DNA from: Blastocatellia bacterium
GTDB lineage: Bacteria; Acidobacteriota; Blastocatellia; UBA7656
Direction: 5' to 3'
Assembly: GCA_035649735.1 (NCBI GenBank)
Contig: DASRIZ010000080.1
Location: 460 to 64,459, forward strand
DNA: 64,000 nucleotides
Shown here: positions 16,153 through 26,751 of the stretch, one piece after another
How positions within the stretch are numbered: the first letter of the stretch is position 1
Layout of the letters: each line of letters begins with the position of its first letter
Program-made: the position numbers and the translations under genes
The notes under the pieces: generated by a model
Seen by the model: only the letters and a program-made list of their open reading frames with translations
The model's database searches: none
What the model was told of the DNA's origin: nothing

Positions 16153-19119
16153 TCAAAACGTTCGTCCAACCGAGAACCGAATCGCGCGCTTCCGTTCGAA
16201 GAAGAACGGATTGACATCCGCTTCGGTCCTCGCATTCGGGTTCCAGGCGAAAATCAGCCGAAATGGAACGTTGATCACCGGAACTTGAACGCGCAACTCG
16301 CCACCCATGCTATACCGATAGTTATCGAATATTCCGCTGTCCGATCGTGAGAGCTGGACATTTCTCGACACCTGCTTGTCGCCAAATATGAAAACCTGCT
16401 TGAAACCGGGCGGCAACCCGCCGACGGTCTCGGGAGTCGTGGCCTTCTGTATTTCACGAGCTGTCGCCGTCTCGCCCCTCGGGTTCAGGATCTGCTGCCC
16501 CAATATCTGGTCGGGGATGAACTCCGAGCGCTCGAATTGATCGGAAAGACCGCGGAGGTTAAACGCCGATCCAATATCAAAAAAAGGCGCAAACTGAAGC
16601 GGTCCGATTATAGGGATGCGATACTCCAGGTTGAAGACAATCTCGGAATCTCCGCCTATGAATGCAGGAAAGTTGGGAACGCTTGTATCTACCTGGTCTT
16701 GAAAGACAAACTGAGTCAGAACACTCGGCGCAACGCTGTCCCCTGTCGCTGCCGCAGGTGGTCTTACCTTGAGTGTTTGACCGGTCAGGATGTCTTGAGC
16801 ACGCACATTTTGTGTCGTGAAGGTTGTCTGAATCGGGGCGGTAGGTGATATGCCGCGAATGTTATAGCCGCGAATGTCCTGTTCGCCGCCCAGGAAGAAT
16901 CGCGAGAACAACGGCGTGCCTCCAACGAACGAGAGTGAGTTTGACACGAAAGGTGTTCCGAATGAACCGATGTGTCCAAACAGGAACCGCATCCCCAGCG
17001 TTCGAGTGGGTCTACCCGCCTCGATCTTAGCCCGCGATTCGCGACCGGCAAACAGCGGTCGGAAATGCTTGAACTCAAAGGTGGGGGCGATTGTGTTCAC
17101 CTTCCCGCCAAGCGGGCCGCCGGTGATGGACGCAACCAGCGTCATGGCTGTCCCGGTGGTCGGATCCAGCGACGAGTTCAACGTGTTGTACGCTATCGAA
17201 GGACCTACCGTTGACTGTGTAACACCGCTCTGTCGGAAGGTCACCAGGATATCGTTAGTCGGATCGCTGTCCCTGTTCACCTCCGGATCAACGATGTCGG
17301 TCGTCTGGTACGAGTAAGAAAGACCGAGCCGGATAAACCGGCCCATTCTGAAGCGCTTGGCAAAGTAACTGAGCGGTGCGCTCGCCGAGACAGAAGCTCC
17401 GGCGGTCTTCTGAGTAAACAGCGAACTGCCATTGAAGCTTCCAAAGATGTCCTGAGTCGTGGTTGCGCCAAACCCCTGTCCAATAAACTGGTAGTTCTGG
17501 TAGAAGACGTTGAACCCCAAACTTATCGGGCGACCTTTCACATAAGGTTCCGTGAAACCAAACGACACGATTTTTTGCAGATTGCCGGTCGCCACGTTGA
17601 ATGACAACGCTTCGCCATAGCCCAGCAGGTTGTTGGTAGAGTAGTTAATACCTATGTATGAGCCACCAATTCCCGAGACGCCGCCTGTAAAGCTGACCTG
17701 CTGTCGTCCCTTCTCCTGGACTTTTACGATCAGATCCACCTGACCTTCTTTCTCGTTGGTGTTGACTGTGGCGTCTTCTTTTTTAACCTGGTCAAAATAT
17801 CCGAGCTGGTTCAGCCGGAGTAAGCTCAGATCCCACAATTGCTCGTTGTACCGTTCGCCTTCGTTTAACAACACTTCGCGACGCATCACGTTGTCGCGGG
17901 TAAAGGTGTTGCCAATGAACTCGAGCCTGCGCAGCGTATACTGCTTTCCTTCTTCAACGCCAAAAGTTATGTCTACGACTCCTTTAGACGGATCGACTGT
18001 ATCGTCTTTGAAGTCAGGGACGAACCCCGCATTGAATTGAATGTAACCGCGCGTTCCGTAAAGCTTCTTCAAACTATCGAGACCCTTTTGAACTACCGTG
18101 TAGCCTTTTACAACATCGCCGCTCTTGAGCCCGATTACCGTCTTGATTTCGTCGGCGGTGAATTCGGTATTGTCTTCGATTTTGATCTCGCCGGCGCGAT
18201 ACTGGCGACCCTCCTCCACCGGGATTACAATCTTTAAACCCTGGCCCTTGTGCCCGATCAACGGTACCCAAGTGCCGACCCGTCCGACATCTTCAACACG
18301 CGGCTCGCCGAAACGCGCTTTCAGATAACCGTGGTCCGCATATACTAGAACCCTGAGCCGGTCGAGGTCGGTTTCGAGCTTTTCCTTGTGGTAGATATCC
18401 TTCGAGCTGAAGGTAGTGAACAAACCGAGTTTTTTCACTAGCTTCATCTGGCTTCGCAGATGGGAACTGGAGAAAATTTTGTTGCCCTCGAACTCAATAT
18501 CGGCAACCCGGAACCTTGGACCCTCATCGATTTTGAAAGTCAGCGCCACCGCGGTGCCGGAGATTCGCTCAATGACCGGTTCAACTTTCGCTTCGGGGCG
18601 GCCCTCGTTTGCAAGCAACTCCTTTACGACCGCCGCTGCTCGCTTGGCCTTTACCGCGTCGTACTGTGATTCTTTAGAAAGACCGACTGAGCGTTTTCTA
18701 AACTCCTCGAGCACGGTTGATTGTTGGACCGACTTCAAACCTTCGTACTTTATGTCCAGGAGCAACGGGCGTTCGGAGACCTCGAAAGTGATGATCTTTC
18801 CACCCCTTGTGCCTTCTTCGGCATATACCTTTACGTCCTCAAAATGTCCCTGGGCATACAACGCTCGGACATCTCGGTCCAGCTGCACCGGGCTGTAAGG
18901 GTCTCCCTCGCGTGTACCGATCCAGATTTTGACCGTGGATTCGGGGATGCGGCGATTACCGCGAATTAGAACCTGCTCGACGGTGACGTTCTGGACTCGA
19001 CTTGCTAGCGCCAGCGGCTGAATCATTGATAGCCGTTCAATCGTTGGCCAACCGACGCACGTTGCTACGAGTGCTGCGACGACCCAAAAAACACGGTTAC
19101 TCATAGATAAAATGCACAC
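16153..19119 (-). CDS. bamA: Outer membrane protein assembly factor BamA
   Basis: 988 aa. POTRA-like repeats (IRGNRRIPESTVK..., FEGNKIFSS...), C-terminal beta-barrel ending ...RFSVGRTF. Start may be a few codons downstream (MSNRVFW). Confidence 0.9.
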   Translation of the reverse strand: MCILSMSNRVFWVVAALVATCVGWPTIERLSMIQPLALASRVQNVTVEQVLIRGNRRIPESTVKIWIGTREGDPYSPVQLDRDVRALYAQGHFEDVKVYAEEGTRGGKIITFEVSERPLLLDIKYEGLKSVQQSTVLEEFRKRSVGLSKESQYDAVKAKRAAAVVKELLANEGRPEAKVEPVIERISGTAVALTFKIDEGPRFRVADIEFEGNKIFSSSHLRSQMKLVKKLGLFTTFSSKDIYHKEKLETDLDRLRVLVYADHGYLKARFGEPRVEDVGRVGTWVPLIGHKGQGLKIVIPVEEGRQYRAGEIKIEDNTEFTADEIKTVIGLKSGDVVKGYTVVQKGLDSLKKLYGTRGYIQFNAGFVPDFKDDTVDPSKGVVDITFGVEEGKQYTLRRLEFIGNTFTRDNVMRREVLLNEGERYNEQLWDLSLLRLNQLGYFDQVKKEDATVNTNEKEGQVDLIVKVQEKGRQQVSFTGGVSGIGGSYIGINYSTNNLLGYGEALSFNVATGNLQKIVSFGFTEPYVKGRPISLGFNVFYQNYQFIGQGFGATTTQDIFGSFNGSSLFTQKTAGASVSASAPLSYFAKRFRMGRFIRLGLSYSYQTTDIVDPEVNRDSDPTNDILVTFRQSGVTQSTVGPSIAYNTLNSSLDPTTGTAMTLVASITGGPLGGKVNTIAPTFEFKHFRPLFAGRESRAKIEAGRPTRTLGMRFLFGHIGSFGTPFVSNSLSFVGGTPLFSRFFLGGEQDIRGYNIRGISPTAPIQTTFTTQNVRAQDILTGQTLKVRPPAAATGDSVAPSVLTQFVFQDQVDTSVPNFPAFIGGDSEIVFNLEYRIPIIGPLQFAPFFDIGSAFNLRGLSDQFERSEFIPDQILGQQILNPRGETATAREIQKATTPETVGGLPPGFKQVFIFGDKQVSRNVQLSRSDSGIFDNYRYSMGGELRVQVPVINVPFRLIFAWNPNARTEADVNPFFFERKRAIRFSVGRTF

Positions 19120-19440
19120 TCCCTAGGATTGCTTGGTTTCAGGTCTTTTTCTTAGTTTCTTTTACGCCTGAGCCCGTTGAAAATGAACCACCTCAATCGT
19201 TCAGTACGTTCGGACGATATCGGCCTACAAAGCGCATAGCAGAGTTGCCTGATTTGATTCGAGCAGGGTGGTTCCCGCCCTCACCGAAATATAGAACGCT
19301 GTGGCGAGCGCTTATTGTAACAAAAATACAGAGCGCAAGGCCAATCGCCGGAAGTTGGTTTTGAACCTGACACTTGGGGCCACGTGGCGAGGTTTTTACG
19401 AGAGGAGGATTGGTTATTCAGGATCCAGGATCAAACTCGA

Positions 19441-21879
19441 TTATTGCGCCAGGAGTTCGGCCCCCAGCTCTTCTAATTCCAGAGGTCGATAGCTGAGCGA
19501 ATCGCCGTCGAGGTAGACTTCAACCACCGATGCTTCGCTAAAGCTGCCACCAATTAGAGCCTCGGAAAGCGGATCTTCGACGTGTTTCTGCAGGGCCCGG
19601 CGCAGAGGCCGCGCCCCATAAGTTCTATCGGAACAAGTTCTCTCGACGATCCACCTTCGCGCTTCCTCGGTCATTTGCACTTGAAGCTTGCGCCGAATAA
19701 GCGTGCGGTTGAGTTGCGCAACAAGCAACCCCATTATCTCGAAGAGATCCAGATCAGTGAGCGGTTCAAAGACGATTATCTCATCCAGACGATTTACAAA
19801 TTCGGGATTGAACGTCTGCTTAACCGCTTGCATCACGCCTTCTTCGACCGTGGCTTGCTGCGTACGGGCGTTCGCCTGGAACCCCATGTGCCCGCGCTTT
19901 TGGATAAAGCGAGCACCGATGTTCGAGGTCATGATCAGGATCGTGTTTTTGAAATCTATGGTGTTACCCAGCGAGTCGGTAAGCGTTCCGTCTTCCAGCA
20001 CCTGTAACAGGATGTTAAAGAGATCGGGATGGGCTTTTTCTATCTCGTCAAGCAAGAGCACCGAGTAGGGGTTGCGCTTGATCTTCTCGGTTAGCTGTCC
20101 GCCTTCTTCGTGTCCGACGTAACCCGGCGGGCTGCCTATCAGCTTCGACACCGCGTGTTTCTCCATGTATTCGGACATGTCGAAGCGTAGCAATGCGCGC
20201 TCAGAGCCAAACAGGAACTCGGCGAGCGATCTGGCGACTTCGGTTTTGCCGACCCCTGTCGGACCGAGAAACAGAAATGAACCCACCGGGCGATTTGGGT
20301 TTTTCAGCCCCGCCCTGCTGCGGCGAATTGCGCGCGACAGCGCCGAAATCGCGCGGGTCTGACTGATGATTCGCTTGTGCAACTCTGTTTCGATGCGCAG
20401 CAGTTTTGCCGATTCTTCTTCTTTAAGCGAAGTGATTGGTATTCCGGTCCAGCGCGAGATTACCTCTTCTATGTCATCACGATTCACAACCGGAAAATGC
20501 TCGGCCACCAGATTGTGAGATTCACGTAATGTCGCCAGCCTATCCAGCTCATCCTGTTCTTTCTGCTTGAAGATCTTCGCGCGCTCGAAATCGCGCTCGG
20601 CTGTTGCTCTCTCGAAAGCTGCGGTGTGCCGGCGGAGCTTTCGTTGGCAGTCCAGAATTTCGGCCGGAAGATTTGCCTCGCGCAGCTTAACTCGAGCGCC
20701 AGCTTCGTCGACGATGTCTATTGCCTTGTCGGGAAGAAAACGATCTGGAATATACCGCTGGGAACCATACACTGCGGTCTCGATCGCCTCTTGTGTGTAG
20801 CGCACCTGGTGGAAAGTCTCGTAGCGATCTTTTACGCCTTCGAGGATCTTGACTGTTTCGCCCTCGGTTGGCGGCGGGACCTTTACCGATTGGAATCGGC
20901 GTTCGAGCGAGCGATCCTTTTCGATCGTTTTTCGAAATTCCGCCGGCGTCGTAGCGCCCACACATTGTATCTCTCCGCGTGACAGCGCCGGCTTGAGGAT
21001 ATTTGCGGCGTCCAATGACCCTTCCGCAGAACCTGCGCCAACCAGCGTGTGCAACTCGTCGATGAAAATGATGTAGTGCGGATTTTCAATCAGCTCGCGC
21101 ATGATCGTTTTGAGGCGTTCTTCGAACTGGCCGCGGTACTTGGTGCCGGCGACGACCAGCGAAAGATCGAGAGCCAGGATTCGTTTGTCGCGCAGGAACG
21201 GCGGGACGTCGCCCGACACGATTCGTTGCGCGAGCCCTTCGACGATTGCGGTCTTGCCCACGCCTGGTTCACCTATCAGGACGGGGTTGTTTTTCGTGCG
21301 GCGGCAAAGAATCTGAATGACTCGTTCGGTCTCACCTTCGCGGCCGATCAGCGGATCGAGTTGATCGTTTGTCGCCGCGTCGGTGAGATCGCGGCTGAAC
21401 TCAGCGAGGTGTGGAGCGTCTTTCTTCTGAGCCATCGCGCGCTCGTTATGCTGGGCGCGGTTAAGATCGTCGCGAATCTGATTGAGCCGCAACCCGCGTT
21501 CGTAGAGAATCTCGGCCGCCGACGATTTGTCTTCCCGAAGGATTCCCAGCAACAGGTGTTCGGTGCCGATGTGCCGATGCCCGAGCCGCTCGCTCTCGTC
21601 GGCGGCATAGCTGAGCACTCGTTTTGCGTTTGTTGAAAGCGGCAAGTCTACAGAAGCGGAAACCTTGTCGCGCAGCGGAGTTCGCGATTCGATCTCCCGT
21701 CGTATTGATTCTACCGTTGAGTGGGGGCTTCGGAAAAACTTCTGGGTGAGCTGTTTGTCCTCGCGGAGCAACCCCAGCAGGATGTGTTCTGCTTCGATGG
21801 CCTGAGCGCCGAACTGACTCGCTTCATACCTGGCGAAGAATATTACCCGGCGAGCCTTCTCGGTATAACGTTCGAACAT
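19441..21879 (-). CDS. clpC: Clp/Hsp100 AAA+ ATPase, ClpC type
   Basis: Clp_N repeats ([20 protein letters not shown]...). Two Walker A sites ([15 protein letters not shown]; [15 protein letters not shown]). Confidence 0.9.
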   Translation of the reverse strand: MFERYTEKARRVIFFARYEASQFGAQAIEAEHILLGLLREDKQLTQKFFRSPHSTVESIRREIESRTPLRDKVSASVDLPLSTNAKRVLSYAADESERLGHRHIGTEHLLLGILREDKSSAAEILYERGLRLNQIRDDLNRAQHNERAMAQKKDAPHLAEFSRDLTDAATNDQLDPLIGREGETERVIQILCRRTKNNPVLIGEPGVGKTAIVEGLAQRIVSGDVPPFLRDKRILALDLSLVVAGTKYRGQFEERLKTIMRELIENPHYIIFIDELHTLVGAGSAEGSLDAANILKPALSRGEIQCVGATTPAEFRKTIEKDRSLERRFQSVKVPPPTEGETVKILEGVKDRYETFHQVRYTQEAIETAVYGSQRYIPDRFLPDKAIDIVDEAGARVKLREANLPAEILDCQRKLRRHTAAFERATAERDFERAKIFKQKEQDELDRLATLRESHNLVAEHFPVVNRDDIEEVISRWTGIPITSLKEEESAKLLRIETELHKRIISQTRAISALSRAIRRSRAGLKNPNRPVGSFLFLGPTGVGKTEVARSLAEFLFGSERALLRFDMSEYMEKHAVSKLIGSPPGYVGHEEGGQLTEKIKRNPYSVLLLDEIEKAHPDLFNILLQVLEDGTLTDSLGNTIDFKNTILIMTSNIGARFIQKRGHMGFQANARTQQATVEEGVMQAVKQTFNPEFVNRLDEIIVFEPLTDLDLFEIMGLLVAQLNRTLIRRKLQVQMTEEARRWIVERTCSDRTYGARPLRRALQKHVEDPLSEALIGGSFSEASVVEVYLDGDSLSYRPLELEELGAELLAQ

Positions 21880-21898
21880 ACCCAGTTCCCGTCTGTTG

Positions 21899-21970
21899 AT
21901 TGAAATTGAACAGCTGAAAATCGAAAATCTTCAATCTGGAGTTTTCAATTTGACGCTTTCAATTTCATTC
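21899..21970. repeat. Heptad-periodic imperfect palindrome between the lolD stop and the clpC start
   Basis: TGAAATTGAA (21901-21910) is the exact reverse complement of TTCAATTTCA (21958-21967). Arms read as 7-mers: attgaaa/ttgaaca/gctgaaa/atcgaaa // gttttca/atttgac/gctttca/atttcat. Confidence 0.7.
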
Positions 21971-21992
21971 ATTCACGTAGCTTGAATCACAT

Positions 21993-22745
21993 CTACTGGA
22001 GACGGCCATCTTCGAGGTGCAGCACGCGGTCACAGATTGAAGCAAGACGCTCGTTATGAGTGGCTATTACCGAGGTCAGCTTCTGCGATCGGTGAACCTC
22101 CTTGAGCAGGCTGTGAATACCTTCACTTGTCTTGCTGTCGAGATCACCGGTCGGTTCGTCCGCCAGAAGCAATCGCGGGCGGGCTACCAGCGCTCGGGCC
22201 AGCGCTACCCTTGCTTGCTCACCACCGGACAACTCTCCGGGCCTGTGGGTCACTCGATCAGCGAGCCCTATGCTATTCAGCATGGACTCTGCTTGCTCCA
22301 GCGCCGCCCTGCGCGAGGTGCGCGCTATGAGCAACGGCATCATCGTATTTTCAACGGCGGTGAACTCGGGCAGCAGGTGATGAAACTGGAAAATGAAACC
22401 AATCTCCCCGTTCCGAAACCGCGCCAAGTCTACATCAGCGAGTTTAAAGATGTCAAACTCAGCCACTTTTACCGTTCCCGAACTCGGACGGTCTAATCCT
22501 CCTAAAAGATGCAATAGGGTCGATTTTCCAGCGCCAGATGGCCCGATCACCGCGACCATCTCCCCCTGGGCGATCTCAAGGCTTAGATTCTTGAAGACCA
22601 CAACCCTGCTTCGGCCCGATTCGTAGATCTTGGTTAGACCCTCCGCGGCTACAAATGATGATTCAGGACGGAGCACTGAGGATCGAGGATCGACGCTCTT
22701 TCCAACACTCTCGGAATTCGCGAGCCGGCTGGTTTCCCTCATCAA
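21993..22745 (-). CDS. lolD: Lipoprotein-releasing ABC transporter ATP-binding protein
   Basis: Walker A GPSGAGKST, signature LSGGEQARVALARAL, Walker B LLLADEPTG. Downstream of a lolC/E-type permease. Confidence 0.85.
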   Translation of the reverse strand: MMRETSRLANSESVGKSVDPRSSVLRPESSFVAAEGLTKIYESGRSRVVVFKNLSLEIAQGEMVAVIGPSGAGKSTLLHLLGGLDRPSSGTVKVAEFDIFKLADVDLARFRNGEIGFIFQFHHLLPEFTAVENTMMPLLIARTSRRAALEQAESMLNSIGLADRVTHRPGELSGGEQARVALARALVARPRLLLADEPTGDLDSKTSEGIHSLLKEVHRSQKLTSVIATHNERLASICDRVLHLEDGRLQ

Positions 22746-22767
22746 TCGTCTATCCTCTATTCGCGGT

Positions 22768-24015
22768 TTACTCGTACCTCAAAGCTTCAACCGGTTTCAA
22801 ACGCGCCGCGTTCAGCGATGGGAAAATCGTCGACAGGAAGCTGATGCCGATCGTCGCCAGCGAAACAACAACCACATCTATCGCCGTCGCGTAGAAGGGG
22901 AGATAGTCAAGCGCGTACGCTCCCACGGGCAGCTTGATCCAGCGGTGGTCGTTTGCGAGATAGCAAAATCCGGTGCCTATAACGACTCCAATAATGACCC
23001 CAACCACTCCGATCGTCACTCCCTGAGCCATGAACACGTACATGATGCTGCGGCTGGTCGCGCCCATGGATTTGAGGATCGCGATGTCCTTATGCTTTTC
23101 CATTACGATCATTATTAGGACGGTGATAATGTTCAGGGCAGCGATTCCGATCACGATCAACAGCGCGATCCCAGTGAGATACTTCTCATAGCTCAACGCG
23201 CTATAGATTGGCGCGTTTAGTTGCTGCCAATCCTGCACTTCGTAATCCTGTCCCACAGTCGCGAGCACCTGGTTGCCGATTTCTTTGACCGCGTCTACAT
23301 CGTCAACTTTCATTTGAATGATCTCGGCGACGTCTTCGGAGCCCGACAATCGCTGAGCGGCCTCGAGGGAGATGTATGCCCACGTTGCGTCGTAATCACT
23401 GAGCCCCGATTCAAAAATCCCTGCGACTTTGAAATCGCGATATCTTGGCGCAAGTCCGACCGGAGTCAGATGGCCTTGCGGCGAAATGATCGTGGCGATG
23501 CTTCCAATCTTTAGTCCCAGGGTTCGGGCGAGTTCGCGTCCGAGAACAATCCGGTCGATCTTCACGCCGCTTTCCGAATCGATTTCTGGTTCGGCAAGGG
23601 ATGCCGGATCGCCCTCGACCGTGAATTGGAATACCTCGTTGGCGTTCGGCGGTGCGCTCAAGTCCACGCCTTTAAGGACCGCTCCGTCGGTGTCCTTCTG
23701 CCCTTGAACTAACACGCGTTGATAGAGTGTCGCCGATGCCGATCGAATGTGTGGTAGGGAGCTTAAACGCTCCACCAGGTCGCGGTAGTTTTCGATCGGC
23801 TGCCGCTCCTTGTGGGTAAGATTCAGGTGAGCGGTTCCCGACAGTATCTTGGCCTGAAACTCCTGACGGAAGCCGGTCATCATCGCCAGCACGACTATCA
23901 GCGAGGCGACGCCCATCGACACTGCGGCGATGGCAATGATGGTGATGACCGAGATCATCACTTGTTTGCGCTTCGCGCGAAGATATCGGAGAGCGATGAA
24001 GAGTTCGTAGGGCAT
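22768..24015 (-). CDS. lolE: Lipoprotein-releasing system permease (LolC/LolE family, FtsX-like)
   Basis: MPYELFIALRYLRAKRKQ..., MacB-like periplasmic domain, C-terminal FtsX region, 415 aa. Confidence 0.85.
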   Translation of the reverse strand: MPYELFIALRYLRAKRKQVMISVITIIAIAAVSMGVASLIVVLAMMTGFRQEFQAKILSGTAHLNLTHKERQPIENYRDLVERLSSLPHIRSASATLYQRVLVQGQKDTDGAVLKGVDLSAPPNANEVFQFTVEGDPASLAEPEIDSESGVKIDRIVLGRELARTLGLKIGSIATIISPQGHLTPVGLAPRYRDFKVAGIFESGLSDYDATWAYISLEAAQRLSGSEDVAEIIQMKVDDVDAVKEIGNQVLATVGQDYEVQDWQQLNAPIYSALSYEKYLTGIALLIVIGIAALNIITVLIMIVMEKHKDIAILKSMGATSRSIMYVFMAQGVTIGVVGVIIGVVIGTGFCYLANDHRWIKLPVGAYALDYLPFYATAIDVVVVSLATIGISFLSTIFPSLNAARLKPVEALRYE

Positions 24016-24023
24016 AGTTGACA

Positions 24024-24101
24024 GACGTAGCGCAGACTGTCCAGTCTGCGCGCAGGATCGACCCTAACAACTCCCGCAGACTGGACCGTCTACGCTACGT
24101 C
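24024..24101. repeat. 27-position inverted repeat whose arms are themselves palindromic; lies between the lysS stop and the lolE start
   Basis: 24024-24050 pairs with 24075-24101 (27 positions, 2 mismatches, checked base by base). The left arm contains the 20-bp palindrome CGCAGACTG-TC-CAGTCTGCG (24031-24050). Confidence 0.85.
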
Positions 24102-25636
24102 GCGGGTTTTTCCGGTCGCATATGCGGAAAGAGAATTACGTCCCGAATCGATCTCGAGTTTGTCAGCACCATCACCAAGCGATCGATTCCGATTCCTTCT
24201 CCTGCGGTCGGCGGCATTCCATAGGACAGTGCTCGGATATAGTCATCGTCGATCACCATCGCCTCATCGTCTCCTCGTTCGCGGAGCGCCATCTGCGCTT
24301 CGAACCGCCGGCGCTGGTCTAGAGGGTCGTTTATCTCGCAAAAGGCGTTGGCTATCTCCATCCCGGAGATAAACAGCTCGAAGCGATCCACGAATCGCGA
24401 GTCGTTTTGATTCTGCTTTGAAAGCGGCGAGAGCTCGGTCGGAAATTCGGTAATAAATGTTGGATCTATTAAGTGAGCTTCGCAAACTTGCTCGAACACT
24501 TCGCCCAGCTGGTGACCGTAGTCGAGCGATCTTAGATGCGGAATCTGAGATCGGAGGGATTCGTTGCGCTCTGCCACCCGCAGGAGGCCGTCGCTTGTCG
24601 ATATCTCTTCGATGGTTGGACGCTCTTGATCAGACCAGTAGTGGCTTACTGCTTCGCGCATCGTGAGCCGCTTCCACGGCCTCGTGAAATTAATCTTGTT
24701 CTCTCCGTACTCTACCAGTGGCGAGTCAGAAACCTGTTCGACCAGCGAGGAGATCAACTCCTCAGTCAGCTTTAGCAGGTCTTCGTACTCTGAGTAGGCT
24801 TCGTACCACTCGAGCATCGTGAATTCGGGGTTGTGAGAGCGGTCGATACCCTCGTTTCTGAAATTCCGATTTATCTCATAAACTTTTTCAAAGCCTCCGG
24901 CGATCAGTCGTTTGAGGTAGAGCTCGGGCGCGATCCTCGCGTACAAGTCGATATCAAGGGCATTGTGATGAGTCACAAAAGGCCTTGCCGTAGCCCCGGT
25001 TGGCAGAGACGTCAGCATTGGAGTCTCTACTTCCATGTAACCGCGATCGTCGAAATACCTGCGTATAAGCCGGATGATCCGAGAACGCGCTTCGAATACA
25101 CGCCGCACGTCGCGGTTTGCAATAAGATCGGCATACCTCTGACGGTATCGCAACTCGATCTCATGCAAGCCGTAATACTTGTCCGGCGGCGGGATCAGTG
25201 CCTTCACGAGAAACGTTAGGGACTCAGCGTGGATCGACAATTCGCCTGTGCGTGTGCGAAATAAGCGTCCTTCGGTTCCGATAAAGTCTCCGAGATCAAG
25301 CAGTTTGTACAGCTGCCATGTCCGCTCGTCGACTTCGTTTGACTTTATGTAAACCTGCAGCAGCTCAGCGCCGTCGGTGAACCGGATAAACGCAGCCTTA
25401 CCCATCTTATTGATGGCGTGAATCCGTCCTGCGACACGAACGTTTGGGCGCTCAGCTTCGAGCTCCTCGCCGGTCCTGGCTGCAAATTGGTTAATGATCT
25501 CGCTTATCGAATGAGTGCGGTCAAATCGGTGTGGATAGGGATCAAAGCCAAGTTCGATAATCTGTTCAAGCGAACGCCGGCGCTCTTCTACCTGGTCGTT
25601 AGTGTCAGGGGATGGCTGTTGTTCGTCCTCCATCAA
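24095..25636 (-). CDS. lysS: Lysine--tRNA ligase, class II
   Basis: 513 aa. OB-fold N-domain; class II motifs (FRNEGID..., GIGIDRLVM). Confidence 0.95.
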   Translation of the reverse strand: MMEDEQQPSPDTNDQVEERRRSLEQIIELGFDPYPHRFDRTHSISEIINQFAARTGEELEAERPNVRVAGRIHAINKMGKAAFIRFTDGAELLQVYIKSNEVDERTWQLYKLLDLGDFIGTEGRLFRTRTGELSIHAESLTFLVKALIPPPDKYYGLHEIELRYRQRYADLIANRDVRRVFEARSRIIRLIRRYFDDRGYMEVETPMLTSLPTGATARPFVTHHNALDIDLYARIAPELYLKRLIAGGFEKVYEINRNFRNEGIDRSHNPEFTMLEWYEAYSEYEDLLKLTEELISSLVEQVSDSPLVEYGENKINFTRPWKRLTMREAVSHYWSDQERPTIEEISTSDGLLRVAERNESLRSQIPHLRSLDYGHQLGEVFEQVCEAHLIDPTFITEFPTELSPLSKQNQNDSRFVDRFELFISGMEIANAFCEINDPLDQRRRFEAQMALRERGDDEAMVIDDDYIRALSYGMPPTAGEGIGIDRLVMVLTNSRSIRDVILFPHMRPEKPAT

Positions 25637-25708
25637 ATCTCCGGTGTCATCGGCACGTTGTGCGAAATTTAGATAAGTCCCGATTATAGGAATGCGTTTC
25701 CAGCAGTG

Positions 25709-26650
25709 TCAACGCAGGCCATTTCCTGGATCGGCCGGCTTTAAGCACGAGTGGAGAAAACGGCGGAGTGCTTCGAAGTATGGCTTGCCGCCGATCAAAT
25801 ACGTCGAGTTGTGTGGCGAGCCTTTGACATCATAAAACTCCTTCGGTTCGGGCGCCGCTTCAAACAGACGCCGGCCAAGAACATACGGGACAACTTCATC
25901 CGCCGGGCTGTGGATGAATAGTTTCGGGCAATGTACGTTCTGGATCTTACTGACCGAGTCCATTTTTGTTTGAAGGAGAGCTCCAGGAAAAAAGGGAAGC
26001 AGCGACGCAGCCATATCGGAAGCAGATGTAAAACTCGATTGGACGATCAACCCCGCGGGTTCAACCTTAGTGGCGAGATCAATCGCCGGTACACCACCGA
26101 GCGACTTCCCAAAGATAATGATGCGATCCGGTGACACGCCACGTTGGTTGACGAGATAATCCCATGCTGCCCGAGCGTCGAGATACAATCCGCGCTCGGT
26201 GGGCTTTCCTTCGCTCTTTCCATAGCCTCGATAGTCGATAATAAATACCCGGACCGGTAGTTTCATCATCGCCCGAATCATCTCGTATCGATGGCTGATA
26301 TTTCCCGCATTCCCATGAAGCCACAACAACACCATCTCAGCGGCCACCGGTACGCTTCCCCCAGCCTCCGATAAAAGTGGCGAGCAATACCAACCGTGCA
26401 ACTTCACTCCGTCACTCGCCACGAAATGGCAATCTTCGATTTGAGGAAACGTCTCGCCTCGGGCAGGTCGGGCGTCGGGGAGCGCCCATACGCCATCGGG
26501 GTACTTTGTTGGGAAATAGATTAGCTTGTCTTCGAAAGCCATGATCAAAGTCAAAAGGACAACGCAAACCGCGATTATTATGCGCGTGGCCCTCCACAAA
26601 AAACCATTACTTCGCCAAAAATCGTGAGCAATGCGAATCATAATTTGCAT
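25709..26650 (-). CDS. Alpha/beta hydrolase with an N-terminal membrane anchor
   Basis: Nucleophile elbow GKSLGG, HGNAGN oxyanion region. The ATG at 26650 (MQIMIRIAHDFW) is preceded by AAGGA; the track ORF extends to 26689. Confidence 0.75.
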   Translation of the reverse strand: MQIMIRIAHDFWRSNGFLWRATRIIIAVCVVLLTLIMAFEDKLIYFPTKYPDGVWALPDARPARGETFPQIEDCHFVASDGVKLHGWYCSPLLSEAGGSVPVAAEMVLLWLHGNAGNISHRYEMIRAMMKLPVRVFIIDYRGYGKSEGKPTERGLYLDARAAWDYLVNQRGVSPDRIIIFGKSLGGVPAIDLATKVEPAGLIVQSSFTSASDMAASLLPFFPGALLQTKMDSVSKIQNVHCPKLFIHSPADEVVPYVLGRRLFEAAPEPKEFYDVKGSPHNSTYLIGGKPYFEALRRFLHSCLKPADPGNGLR

Positions 26651-26751
26651 CGCTGTTCCTTGACCCATCCGCGAGGGCTGTGATACCAATGACAGTCCCA
26701 GTTAGAGCCCCTGATGTCAGGTGTTCCTTAAGCAAAGAGGAGATATTCCAT

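Noticed and set aside
19120-19440. 320-bp gap between the clpC stop and the bamA start, checked for RNA genes or palindromes
   Set aside because: It holds only a 2-copy CAGGATC heptad and a 10-bp GCCACGTGGC palindrome. Nothing amounts to a supportable feature, and it is most simply the bamA promoter and leader.
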